Assembly: GCA_013265495.1 (NCBI GenBank) | Contig: MU058584.1 | Span: forward strand, 2,513,599 to 2,577,598 | Source: Vicugna vicugna | Taxonomy: Eukaryota | Length of the DNA: 64,000 nucleotides | Direction: 5' to 3' | Shown here: piece by piece, positions 25,223-37,110 of the stretch | Numbering within the stretch: the stretch's first letter is position 1 | How the letters are laid out: each line of letters begins with the position of its first letter | Notes under the pieces: model-generated | Seen by the model: only the letters and a program-made list of their open reading frames with translations | Database searches by the model: none | Told to the model about the DNA's origin: nothing | Made by a program: the position numbers and the translations under genes

Positions 25223-25929
25223 TGGACTAGAAATAATTGTTTCTCGAAGGACAATGGTCAATGATTCAAAGGAACAATAAACTAAATCACATCCTATTAC
25301 ACACACCATCCTTTCACCCATGTGATAGACTATTTGGTTGATTTTAGTCACATAGAGGGTTTGTAGCCTAAATTTCCAAAGCTATTGCTAATAAATAATA
25401 AACAGATTATAGACAAATATAAAACTTAGTAGGCTAGCTATGATCAGCTATAGAGATGAGACAAAAAGATAATAAAAATACTTGGTAAAAATATCATGTT
25501 CTGCACAGGAAAACAAGATGTTCTACACCACAGAGAATTTATACAATGAGCTATCGATTCAACTGACTTGTGGTGAGTATATTTTCAAAGTCCTAGAAAA
25601 CTTAGAAGGCAGAGTGAGAATTGGGAATTTTAACAACATCAAAAAACACACACCCATAAATATTCAACTGAGCTTCAAAAGAAGTTTGACCTTAGAAATC
25701 ACTGTAGGATAAATTCCAGCTGAGTCTACACACACAAATGTATTTTGTGAAAAGGAAAATGATCATTTTTGAATCCAGTCTCTTCGCTGATGATTCCAGG
25801 AGGGAAAAAAAAAAAACCACAATGGTTTAATTAGGTTTTAAGTTCATCAATGAGCTAGTTGTTTGTTAAAATAACTGGGTCTTTAAAGGAGTTCAACTAT
25901 TTTTTTCTCAATTTTAGAATCTGACAATT

Positions 25930-26480
25930 TACGATCTTGAAGTACAAATCGGATCAAATCCCTCCCCACCGCCTCCGTCCTTCAATGGCTTCCCTTCACG
26001 CTCATGTTCTTGGGATAAAGACCACACACGGGTTTGAGTTTCCTTGGTCCCCACAGAATATCCCCTCCAGCATCATCTTCGATCATCTTCTCCCAACTAC
26101 TAATGCTCCAATCCCTCTCTCACGGGCGTCTGACTCACCCCCCCCACCCCTCTGCCCACACCAAGATCAACACCCCGCCACACGCACGCGCACACACACA
26201 CACACACACAGTCATGGTCTAGCTCGCCTGTGCTCCTTATCTATGTCTCTGTTCATATCACTTCCTCAAGCAGCTTTCCTGAGCCCCAGTCAACTGTCGC
26301 AGAGCCTGTCTCTAGCTTATTGCAGTTTGTCATTATACGTTCATTAGGGTGATGGTTTAATCAATGTCTGTCTCCCCTACTGGGCCAGGATCCCCCCAAA
26401 GAGCAGGCAACGTGCCTGCGTTTGAACAGAGAGGGTTCAGCTCGGCGCCTGGTGTGTCAGTAGGGCCATAATAAACAGAA
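25930..26480 (+). mobile_element. L2 fragment with an internal (CA)n
   Basis: aaatcggatca...ccttcaatggcttccc; tgtctgtctcccc...cagctcggcgcctgg. Confidence 0.5.
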
Positions 26481-26654
26481 ATAAAGGGGCAGTAGTCAGA
26501 AGGATGAGCATTAAAACACAGCCACCCTGGGTCAAAACAAAGAGGATTTCTAGGGGATATTAACTCACATTGCAGACAAAACATTGCCATTTTAAAATAA
26601 TAGTTCAAGTAAGTATTCTTGTTTGCTTATCGTTCTCAACTGAAGATCTAGATT

Positions 26655-27106
26655 GAGGTTGGCAAACTTTTTCTATAACACGGCAGGCAGTAAATATTTC
26701 AGGCTTCTGGGGCCATGTAATTTCTGTCTGGACACTCAGTTCTGCTGTTGGAGCACACTGAAGCAGCCAGAGAGAGTACAAGAATAAATGAACCCGGTGG
26801 GGCTCCAGTGAAACCAGGATATTCCATGCTATTGACATTGTGCCCCAACAACTCTTTGTTGTGTGGGGCTGTCACGTGCATTGCAGTGTAATTAGCAGCA
26901 TCCCTGGACCTGACCCACTAACTGCCAGCAGCCTTCTCACGCCGACTCGTGACAACCAAAAATGTCTCAAGATATTGCCAGATGGTCCTTACGGAGCAAC
27001 AGCAACATCGTCCCAGCTGAAACCGCTGCAATCAAACTTTATTTACAAAAACAAGCCGGAAACTGGGTTTGGCCCATGGGCTGTAGCGTAGTTGGCTAAC
27101 TCTTGA
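26655..27106. mobile_element. MER58A-like MITE split by a MER20
   Basis: ggttggcaaactttttct...gctccagt, then insertion, then caatcaaactttatttacaaaaaca...tagttggctaactcttg. Confidence 0.8.
26815..27028. mobile_element. MER20 hAT MITE nested in MER58A
   Basis: attgacatt...tgttgtgtggggctgtc...agcagcatccctgg...gtgacaaccaaaaatgtctc. Confidence 0.85.
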
Positions 27107-28809
27107 TCTAGGGGAAAAAAAAAAGAGAAAAAGAAAAAGAAAATTAGGAAATTCCTCACTGGAGTTCTATTTCTGGAAGGACTATTACTATTCTCTGACT
27201 TCTTAGAGCCTCTCCAGAGAGTAAGGGTCCTTGGAAAGTTTTCTTTCTCAGAGGTAGACGGACCCTTGGAGGGTGGTCAGCGCCGTCTTCAGATAGAAGC
27301 AGGGTCGACTGATTTCAGACCATGTGACATTTACTTGCTTAAATTAAGGATGCCATCTTGATATTTATACATGATTCCCTCTCCACATTTGGATCCTCAC
27401 AATCCTTTGATTATACATATGCATGCATTTAACCGGCTTTCTGCAAAGGGTACATTGCAAGGCGACTCAGGGTCTGAAGCGGAAATAAAGAACAGCAGGG
27501 CCGATCCAGGCTTAGAGCTGGAGCTCAACGTCCGGGTCTGGGGTCAGCCTCTCAGAGCTGAAAGGGGGCCCTGGAAACCACTCTGTTGCTTCCCGCTTCC
27601 CTTTTGGATTTCAAGTACACAGACTCAGATTTATCTTAATCTTTGGTTTATGACACCTTTTTGTCACTGGTCCGGGCAGAGCCCCTCTTTGGACTTCATC
27701 CACTGGGTGGGTTTGTTTATGTTGTAGCATCGCTGTCCGCCCCACCGACCCAACACAAGCTGTAGAACATAGTCACCACCTAACGTGCTCGATGCTCCAC
27801 CCATATCCTGTTCCCCAGCCTCTCCTCGTCTGAAGGGGCTCCACTCCTTAATCTTGACTCCATCCTCCCGCTCTCCTTCCTAGGTTGTGGGGTTCTCATT
27901 TTTAAGGAGTGGGAGTACAAGAGCTAACCTCTCAGCTCTCAAAGCTCTAACTCTGGTCCCGATGCTGTCTTCCTTTTCTCTGGGGAATCCTCAAAACTGC
28001 ACCATGCATAGATTTGACATCTTTAAGTGGGAGTGAAGACCTAGGCAAACTGGTTTTGTACGACACAAAGCAGAGACTGTGATTCCCACGGAAGGTATCT
28101 TGCGGCAAGGTCTGTACAATATGCTAAGGCCGTGAAGAGGCGTTCCATCAAGAAATGTTTTCTTTCAAATTGATTTTCAAAAAATATCGAGGCTTTTCCC
28201 TTTCCTCGGTCATTTCTCTATTTGAACGTTAAAAGAGTCGTATCATTTATACAGCTCTGTTCGAAGAGAACTCGTCTGCCTGCCCCTGGGGCGGCAATAC
28301 TGGCATGGTAAACTTCAACACAGCGTGTAATGTATGGTCTCATTTTAAAATTCTTCAAAACGCCGATTTATCTGATTTTTACCAGAGCCGAGAGAGAAGG
28401 CAGTCATCCCCCGCGCAGCTCGACATCTCTGTATCCTTGAAATTGAACCTCGGGGAAGCCGGGCGGACGAGCCGCTGCACCGGGGGTGAATAAGGGACGT
28501 TGGTGCTGACACACGTGTGAGAGCGAAGCCACAAGAGAGGAGACTCTTGGGAAAAAGCAATCTCCGTGTGTGGAGCGGGGCGGGACGGGGATGAGTAATG
28601 TTAATAGCGATTTGCACCGCTATTGATTTAATGTGGGAGAAACAGGATTCGCCCCTAGGCGTCCCTGACCCATTTGGGTGAGACTCTAGCGACCTCCAGT
28701 GGAGATTTTGTAGAATTGCTCTTATCGCTTTAGCACTGAGACTTTCTTCGCTTTGGGGGCTCCCTTTAAAGGATAAATATTTTGTGTTCCGTTTACTATT
28801 CGAATTGAA

Positions 28810-29006
28810 CATAACTTACTTATGCACATAACTTCAAAATAATTTATAACAAATCCTAATTGTAATTTAAAATGAAAACCCAAGGAAAGTAATTTTTAAA
28901 TAAAATTTTTAAATAAAAATAATAAAGTAAATTAATGTTGTTTATAGAAACATAGTGATTAAATAAATATATATGTTTATATATTTAAATGCAGATTGTT
29001 TTGTTT

Positions 29007-29038
<32 letters not shown>

Positions 29039-29375
29039 AAACAAAATATTGAAGTATATAAATGTCCAAGTGTTCTAGAAGATATAATTATTGGTAACTT
29101 GTATCCAATCAGAATCACCAGAAATGTGACAGTCATAAATGCAATAGTGACAGTGTTCTATATTGGGATCTCAAGTGCCACCAGCAGCATTACTCTAGGT
29201 AATGGAGGTTTTGTTTGTTTTTTAAATAGGTTAAAAAAAATCTGATAAAATTCTGAACAAAACTAAGGAAGAATCTTCTCTAGGATTTGCATAGCAGCTT
29301 CATTTCTAGGAAATCTAAGGTGTATTATAATCTTGCAAAAAGCCCTTTATGCTTTTATGTTAAATGGAGTTAGGG
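28810..29375. mobile_element. Probable old DNA transposon remnant, family unresolved
   Basis: AT-rich tract with a Charlie-like appearance; recognition is weak. Confidence 0.3.
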
Positions 29376-30184
29376 CGTGGGCTGACATGCTGGGGTAAAC
29401 AAATCGTAGCAGGTATAAATTTCACAAACTCGGGTGTGCAAAAATGTCACTGTTTCCTAAAAGTGAGCATAGCCTGACTTTCGAACTCCCTCCTCTTTGG
29501 TGTCTTGGAAAAAATTCTAATATCGACAAAGCAGGAGAGCCGTCGTCACAGCGAATGTCCTCAGTCAGGTCAGGACTGTCCCCTCCGCCCTCCCACTTCC
29601 TGAGGGTGATTTAAAATCATGAGGGTGGCCTTCCTTCCCCAGGCTGTGGTGGAGTCGGGGTGCCCGTCTCCAGACTATGCCCTTGGTGATGTCCACCGCT
29701 GCTGGATGTGTCTGGACTGTCATGTAACTTCAAAAGCCTTGGCATCTCCACCCTCCCCATCTCTCAGGGACCTTCTCTCAACTGCTTGTCCACGGCCTTC
29801 TCCAGGGCCGCCTCTGCCAGCCGCTTTCCCTGCCCCACAAGAAGGCGTGAGAAGCTCCAGGACGCTCTGAAGCTGGAATGCTTCCCAGGCCGCATCATGG
29901 AATTGAGGCTCACGTCCTCTCCTCTGGAATCCCCCCCCCAATTATCTAGATCTCTATTATCCAAGCCTCCGGACCACTCCCCCCATGGCTCTTGGCCTGT
30001 GGGATGATGGGGGGGGAGTCCCCGTCTCAGACACACCCCATTGGTAACTGCCTCTAATATTCTCTTCTCTGACTCTGAAACACATCTCCCTCTCCCAGCC
30101 CTGAAAGGATTTCTATCTCCTCGGCCTATGGCCTGAATTGACTTGGCAAGCAGCCTCTCACCTCCCAAGCCGACTGATGAGAGT

Positions 30185-30390
30185 GGTGGTTCAGACGGTT
30201 TTGGCCCTCAGGGAACGTGTGGCAATGTTTGGAGACCTTTTTTTATTGTCACAATTTGTTGGAGGCTGCTCCGGCCTCCAGTGAGTAGAGGCCAGGGCCA
30301 TGGCTAAACCCCCTCCAGGGCCCAGGACAGCCCCACCAGGAGGAAAGAACTCTCCTGCCCCTCTGTCACCAGCGTGAGGCTGAGGCACTC
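30185..30390. mobile_element. MER20 hAT MITE
   Basis: ggcaatgtttggagac...ttgtcacaa...ccagtgagtagaggccaggg...caggacagcccca. Confidence 0.8.
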
Positions 30391-30489
30391 TGGGTCAGGC
30401 CACGACACTTAGTTTGTTTCTCCATCAGAGAGAAAAGGAATCAATTCATTTTCTTAAATTTCTGCCCTAATTATTTTTTAGTGGTTTTA

Positions 30490-30683
30490 TTTTTTTTATT
30501 TTTAATTTTTTAAATTTTTTTAATGACGTATAGTCAGTTTACAAAGTTGTGTCAATTTCTGGTGTACAGCACAGTGCTTCAGTCATACATGAACATGCAT
30601 ATATTTATTTCCATATTTTTTTTCACTGTAAGTTACTACAAGATATTGACTCTCATTCCCTGTGCTAAACCTGTTGTTTATCA
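30490..30683 (-). mobile_element. Short L1 3' end
   Basis: T-rich tail followed by gtatagtcagtttacaa...tttctggtgtacagca...ttactacaagatattga; similar to the 17.5-kb L1. Confidence 0.8.
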
Positions 30684-32236
30684 GATTTTGTGAGAATTCT
30701 CCTGTGTTTCGAAACGAGAGACGCTCCGCCAGAGTTCAGTAGGTGTTCTGGGCGCTTCAGTGGGTTTGAGATGTCATTCTTGGTGTCTTTGTGGGACAGT
30801 GTGAGCTGGGGGTCTCTCTACTCTGCCACCTTGGCTCAACCTGGCCTAATTTTTTGTTAGCGTTAGTGACCACACTTCCAGCTGCCAACTGTCATTTAAC
30901 AACCATATGAACAGTTTCCACTGGACCCTGCCGTCGGTGGGGCAGACATAAGCAGTTGGAGCAAAAACATTGGGTTCTTCTAGTCTTGATAATGTGCGCC
31001 TGGGTGTTGGTGACGGCCATCCCTACTGCGGCCTTGGTGTGTCCTCTGTCAGACAGCGGGGGCAGGAGTGGGTAGCCTTTCTTGTTTTTAAAATGTGCCT
31101 TAAAATCTGTTGGAGGCAGGCCTGTGGGGACCAGCTGGCAGCTTGCAAACAGTCAGGCTTGTTTCTCAGGAGGGGCAGCAGAGAGGCTGTGCTCCAAGCC
31201 ACAGAGACCCATCCCGGGCCTGCCTGAATTCAGAGCCGCACCCTTCCTGGGGCGATGGAGGGGCACCCCAAAGCTTCACATGCCCCTCGACATGCCGGGA
31301 AGGTCAGCGGGGGCGTTAGACCCACATGATCCGGAAACTTAGGGAGTTGCTGAAGTTCTGGGGGCCTCACGCTTCAACCAGGGAAGGTCTGATTTCTAAC
31401 TTTTTACAAGTTGGACTTCGAAGATCAAAGTTAAAGACGTAGTTCTGAGAGGACAAAGGAAGATGGAGAGACACCTGTGAGAAGTGGATATGGTGCCACT
31501 GTCTCAGAAGGTCACAGCTTGAGGGCTCATGCCTGCCCCCCCTTCCTGGAGCACAGAGCATAGCTCAGATGGGCAAGTGTAGTTCCCCTCACAGTCGCAC
31601 AAGGGGAGTTGTGAGGAATTCCAGGGAGACCGGGGTGCTAAGAGGAGAGACGAGAGAGCTGGGAAATGTGTCAGGGGAAGAGAAGAGGCGGTCACACCTA
31701 CCACACACAGCACCCGTCCAGCCTCTACCTTGGTCCAGCAGGGGTAGGGGGGTTGCGAGATCCCCATACCCTGGGGTGTCTGCATTTTGAGCTTCTCTGA
31801 GCAGCCCTGAGCATCCTCCCCGCTAGTAGTGGCTGTGGAGGAAGGAAAGGAGAGGCCCCTGTCCTTGGGTGTCCTCTTGCCAGCACCTGCCACCTCTGCA
31901 GAGGGAGGAGGAGGACGGAGCCGTGCGGCAGCCACGGTTCCTGACATGCAGCGCACACTTGTATCGCCAGGAACACCTGTCTCAGCCATAACACGCTTAG
32001 GCTGGTGGTTTTGTTTACACAACTCCAAGCAACCAGTCTGACGAAGATCTTCACAAAAAGACTGCTGGGGTAGGGCAGCAGCGAGGGGACCAAAAAGGCT
32101 GACATCGTGTGAGTAAAGAACTGGATGCAGCTTTCAACAGGGAACTTGAGACTTTCGATGGCTGGAGCCACACTCTTGGTTAATCTATAGCATTTCTGGA
32201 GACTTCCTATCAAGTTGAGTGATAGTAAAAAGCAGG

Positions 32237-32685
32237 TGTGAATGAAAAATACTGCAAACCACGTCAGCAAACAAAGAATGCTGAAACCAAGTCAGCAGCC
32301 GCTGCCGCCACCCCCCGGGGAGGACAGGCCTGCAGGCCCTCACAGTGGTGCCCTCTGAGGGGACTCAGAATAAGAAAGGACAGGATACTGGCCCTTGATA
32401 GCTGGGTGCCTGTCAAAGGAATGAATTCAATGAGCCCAAATGTTTGCTTCCTCCCATACATAGAAGAAAAGCACTCAATTCTTTAACTTGAGATGCCTGT
32501 TTTATTTAGTTAACAAGAAATCTTTTATCGTTCCGACTACCTGGTCTTTGTTGTAAAGCTCCTGTATATCCTAGCTCCTCCCCAACCTCTTCGGAGCAGC
32601 CCCTCAGAGCCATCTGCGACGCTGTCCTCCCGCCAAATAAAACATTACTCTCAACGTCTCGGCTGCCCGTTTATTTCCGTCGACA
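32237..32685 (+). mobile_element. ERV1-class solo LTR
   Basis: TG...CA termini; TSD CAGG (32233-32236 and 32686-32689); AATAAA near 32636. Confidence 0.85.
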
Positions 32686-32968
32686 CAGGCAAGGGACACG
32701 AGCAGGGCCTTTTCCTAAACACGATAGTTCTTTACGGCTGCGGAAAGTATACAGAATTAACAGTCACAACGGAAAAGACACAAACGCTGGTGTTCAGTGC
32801 CGCTGCCGTAAGTAAAACCGGCCCTCCGTAACTGACTTGGCCATCTGCCATCACAGTTATGGAAGGAGCATAAAGCAAACTAACAAACTGGCTCCCCTGA
32901 GGCAAACCTGTTTGCTGACTCATCCTTTACTGAGAATAACTTCAACCCAGAGGCTGAGCCCCAGGAAG

Positions 32969-33219
32969 TGTTGCCGAGAGATCGGCCCTGTTGCTGATGA
33001 GCCAAATAACCCAGGGACAAGGTCTTGGAGCTGAGAAGAAAAGAGGCACTGTGATTGCTGTGCCGGGCAAAGGGGGCTCACAGCAGGCTGATGCCTTCAA
33101 AACTGTGAACCCACCTTGGGGAAGCATCGATACCCATCAACACAACCATTTTCTCAACAGAAGACTTAGAATGGCGTCATGATGCCTCCAGGCGACCAAT
33201 TCTATAGAGGCCAGTGGTT

Positions 33220-33268
<49 letters not shown>

Positions 33269-33566
33269 TCTCTCTCGTAAGCACTCAGGGTGTGGTCTTC
33301 TGGTAATTCAGGCTATTTTGTAAAGTTAAAATCCTGCGACCTCCTTGGAGAAGGACCCAGAGACCAAGCTTGATTATTACTTTCGATGACTGGAGTAAAG
33401 TAGAAACAGTTAAGATCGATAGCTTTATTTTAACAACAGGCCTGGAGCTGTGAGTAGCAACTGGTCAGGCAGGTCAGTTGCCCGTTTTAAGGGCCAGCAT
33501 AAGGATAAGCGATCTCTTAGCCTAAAGGTGGCCCTTTTATTAGCCCTCCTTCCGAAGGAGGCAACA
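32969..33566 (-). mobile_element. Nested antisense LTR containing (TC)n
   Basis: Termini TGTTGCC...GGCAACA; ~33039-33121 is the reverse-complement homolog of the host 3' region at ~33715-33798. No clean TSD. Confidence 0.85.
33223..33276. repeat. (TC)n microsatellite
   Basis: Direct reading. Confidence 0.95.
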
Positions 33567-33930
33567 GGCTGAGAATCTCAGAAGGATGGACAGACCCTCC
33601 GGAGTTCCTCCTGAAGATTCACTGAGGTTAAGAGGAACATAGCACCCAGCAAAACGCCCTGATTGTTAGCACTTTTGTTCCATCCAGTTTTCCTATAAAA
33701 CCTCAGGACCCCAACCCCAAGATGGGCTCACAGTCTTTTAAGGCACAAGCCCGCTCTGACTCCCCTTTGCCGGGCAAAGCGACACAGCTGCTCTTTTCTT
33801 TGCCCCCTAAACTCCACCTTCCAGTTTGAATTCTCTTTTCAGGGTGCAGAGGCTGATTTGGGGGCAACATTATGCCCTTTTATGAGCTATTATTACTGTT
33901 TTCATCATCATCATTAACAGTATTGTTTTG

Positions 33931-34580
33931 CTGCGGTCCTCAATTCTGACTGCCGATAATAACCACGAAAGAGCTTTCAAAACAGGCCACTCCAGGTCCC
34001 CAGCCCACAAGAACGGACTTAAAATCTCAGAGAGAAGAGCCTAGGAATTTGGTATTTTAAAAATTGCCCCCAGAGATTCTAAGGTGCCACCCAGGTTGAG
34101 AACCCCTGTTCTAGCTTTGCGTATAAACGTGCTAGGTGACAGCATTTCAGCAATTTGATTCCTGGGAGGGAAAAAAAATTCCTTCCTTTGTTCCTTGGTT
34201 TTGTGCCTGGAGCGCAATTCTTCTCAAACCTGGCTACACATTAGAATCACCTGGGGAGCTTTAAAAAGAAAACAAAAAACAATCGGTACCCAGGACCCCA
34301 CCCCAATCCAATTAAGCCAGCACCTCTGGGGGTGGGAATTGGCATCAGCATTTTTTAAAAGCCCCCTGGATGATTCTAATGTGTGGCCAGGATTTCAAAG
34401 CCCTGCTCTCGTTGCAGGGGCTCTCAACCTTGGCTGCACACTGGAATCACCTGGGAGATTTAAAAAGATACTGAGACCTGGGTCCCATCTCCAAAGATGC
34501 TAATTTAATTGGTCTGCTGGGAGCTGGGCACCAGGAATTGTCAAAGCACTCCAGGTAATAGGAGCGTGCAGACAAGCGTG
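33931..34580. mobile_element. Three adjacent MER5-like MITEs (~33931-34107, ~34214-34405, ~34415-34580)
   Basis: Repeated motifs ctcaaacctggctacacattagaatcacctgggga, ctcaaccttggctgcacactggaatcacctggga and ggttgagaaccc. Confidence 0.75.
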
Positions 34581-34704
34581 AGGTGTCTGCATCTTCAGGA
34601 GGGGGAGCCAGAGACACCGAGTCAGAGACAGAGACAGAGAATTCCAGAAGCGTAACATGATGAGAAAATGCGGGGGAAAGGTGGAACTGCTTTTAGACAG
34701 AAGC

Positions 34705-35091
34705 TGTTACTGAATGCAAGTTTGTGTACCCCATGCACAGTGAGGCCAAACAAACTAAAATGTCAGAGTTTGGAGCACGGAAAGGTTTATTGCAGGGCCG
34801 AGCAAGGAGAACAGGCAGCTGGTGCCCCAAATTCCTGAGTTCTCCCATAGTTTGGGGGGAGTTTTTAATAGACAAAATTTGGGGTGAGGGCTGCAGGGTG
34901 TGTGACTTTGAGGTCACCAGGTGGTGTCTAGGACTCTTGTCCTCAGCCTGAAGTTCCCATCCTTCACCTAGGAGGGGCCTTACGTCCTGTAGAAGGGCTC
35001 AGAGATACACTGTTACATATATTAGGAACCAGAACCCTGCCCCTTTGCCGGTTGTACCTGGGAGGGCCCCACAGGGTCCTGCTTGGTGGCA
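34705..35091 (-). mobile_element. ERV1-class solo LTR
   Basis: TG...CA termini; TSD AAGC (34701-34704 and 35092-35095); tttatt (minus-strand AATAAA) near 34786. Confidence 0.88.
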
Positions 35092-35126
35092 AAGCCATCT
35101 TTCTCTCCTTCTGACCTAATAGGTAT

Positions 35127-35504
35127 TGAAGGAGTATAAAGCAAACCAACAAACCGAGTTCCCTGATGTAAAGCTGTTTGCTGATTCATTCTTTACTGAG
35201 AATAATTTTAACCCAGAGGCTGCGCTCCAGGAAGGCTGAGAATCTCAGAAGAACGGACAGACCTTCCGGAGTTCTTCCTGAAGATTCATTGAGGTTAAGA
35301 GGAATGTAGCCCCTGTAAAATGCCCTGATTGTTCTCACCTTATGTATAAAACCTCAAGGCCCCAACCCCAGGATGTCTCTAAGGCATAAGCCTGCTGGCG
35401 CTCCCTTTGCCAGACAAACCAGTAAAGCTACTCTTTGCCCCCAAAACTTTGCCTCTGAGTTTGAATTCACATTTTGGGGTGCAGAGGACAATTTTTTGTT
35501 GACA
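35127..35504 (+). mobile_element. ERV1-class solo LTR, intact relative of 32861-33869
   Basis: TG...CA termini; TSD GTAT (35123-35126 and 35505-35508); TATAAAA near 35345. Confidence 0.9.
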
Positions 35505-35616
35505 GTATGATTGGCTCCATGGCTCCAGGGAACAAGGAATGTGATGTTGCTTTATTAAGTTTGGCTCAAGCCTGGGTTGGTGGCCACTTTGATGTCCATC
35601 TGTCAAGGCTCCTTCC

Positions 35617-36042
35617 TGTTGGACCAACTGACACCCTCCAGAGTCCGACGAACCCCAATCCTGGGCTCTCGGATGGCTGACATTCTTCGCTGGGCGTGTT
35701 TCCCTAACAAACTGACAGCCCCAGGAAAGGTCCACCTTATCAGCGTCAGAGACCCCACAGCCCTTCACGGACCCTACACCTCTGACCTCGCCTACAATCA
35801 ATCAGACTTGTGCCCAAGCCACTCAGGCCCCTTGTGACCCGACCTTATAAAAAAAACCCCAATAACTGGCCCTCAGTGCTCACACAGGCGTCTCTCACCT
35901 GTGTGGCCCAGTGTTGTCCATGACAGCGTACCCTAATAACCTATTTTCTATTTCCTTACTTAATCTCTGGTAAATTCTCTTGCCAGCCCACGTATCACCA
36001 TGTCCCCAGCGGGCTGCCCCGTGCAGTGCGGTGCTCACAACA
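35617..36042 (+). mobile_element. Solo LTR with 5-bp TSD (ERVL-class by TSD length)
   Basis: TGT...ACA termini; TSD CTTCC (35612-35616 and 36043-36047); TATAAAA near 35846. Confidence 0.8.
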
Positions 36043-36359
36043 CTTCCCACTTTCCCACTCCCCTGAAATAGTCAGAGCATCAGGGACACGTCCATTTCAA
36101 CAGGGTGGGCGGAGCATCCTCCCAAACATTTCAGCCTGCCTTCCCCGTTCCCCTTGCTCTTTCCTCACAGATTCCCGGTTCTCCTTGGGATGGCAATGCG
36201 CCCCCCAAAATCCTCTCTCCCAGCCTCTCCTGGAGGTGGCACGTGACAGCTCTGGACAGTAAGTATGTGAGGTTGTCAGGACACTTTCATTTTCTTATCA
36301 TGAGCTCTAACCCTTTGTGCTTGTCTTTCTCCTTCATACTCCCCGGAGTACAGGCACAA

Positions 36360-37110
36360 GGCTAGAGGTGAAGCAGGCTGAAAGCAACAATCCAAGGAAA
36401 GCCACAGGTCAAGGATGGCCAAGCAAAAAAACTAAAGGAACTTGGGATCCTGGAGCCACGGCATCAGCCCCATAGCTCATTTACCCCCTGACTTCATGCT
36501 GAAGTGAAATATAAGCCTCAGTTTGACTGAGCCGCTGTGATCAAATTTCTCTTCGTGCAGCTAAACAGCATCCCCAAATAGAAGATGTCTGGAAGACAGT
36601 CTGTCCCTAACTCTGTCATTGTCCGGCACTACAACACGATGCCACTGGTGAGTGCTGGGTGTCCACGCTCTGTCTAGACGACAAGCTGCTCATGTCCATG
36701 CGCAGCGGGAAATGCTATTCTCTGAAGGATTCAAGCTCTTTCCATCCTTCTAGCTCACCATCTTCAGTGAGTCAGGGATGTCGCCCCTCGTGATACAAGA
36801 AGGCTGCTGAAGCTCTGTACAACACACATCCTCCATAATGAGGTTCCAGTGTGGAACTACTTTTCAGGACGAAAAACGTTTTCTGGAAGTCTTCAGTAGA
36901 CTTCCTCTAAGGCCCTGTGAGCCATAATTAGGCTGCTCACACAGTCCTATGTCAATTGTTGGCAAAGGAGTATGAGACTACCATGACTGGCTTAGAACAA
37001 CCATGGATCTCCCACTGAAGCTTCAGGAGGAGCTCACCAACTGAGCACATGGCTGCTCCAAAACTTAACAAACTGGGTTTCTTTTAGCAAGCAACAGGGT
37101 CTGCCAAAAG
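36360..37110. mobile_element. Two old MLT1-type fragments (plus ~36360-36580, minus ~36640-37110)
   Basis: aggatggc...gagccgctgtgatcaaatttctc; ttccatcctt...gaaggctgctg...cagtagacttcctct. Confidence 0.5.

Larger units (their letters stand above)
32861..33869 (+). mobile_element. ERV1-class solo LTR (host) interrupted by a nested LTR
   Basis: TSD TTAT (32857-32860 and 33870-33873). The two halves rejoin to match the intact copy at 35127-35504. Confidence 0.9.

Noticed and set aside
27899..27915. 17-bp match (tttttaaggagtgggag) to the inverted-repeat arms
   Set aside because: One match of this length is plausible by chance in a 64-kb self-comparison, and it does not extend.
31504..32270. Longest overlapping minus-strand ORFs (174 and 181 aa)
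   Set aside because: Two overlapping frames in GC-rich DNA, one starting inside an LTR, with no recognisable homology.
32861..35504. Two same-orientation LTRs as the 5' and 3' ends of one provirus
   Set aside because: TSDs differ (TTAT versus GTAT), each LTR is individually flanked, and the intervening DNA is ancient MER5 sequence rather than gag/pol.
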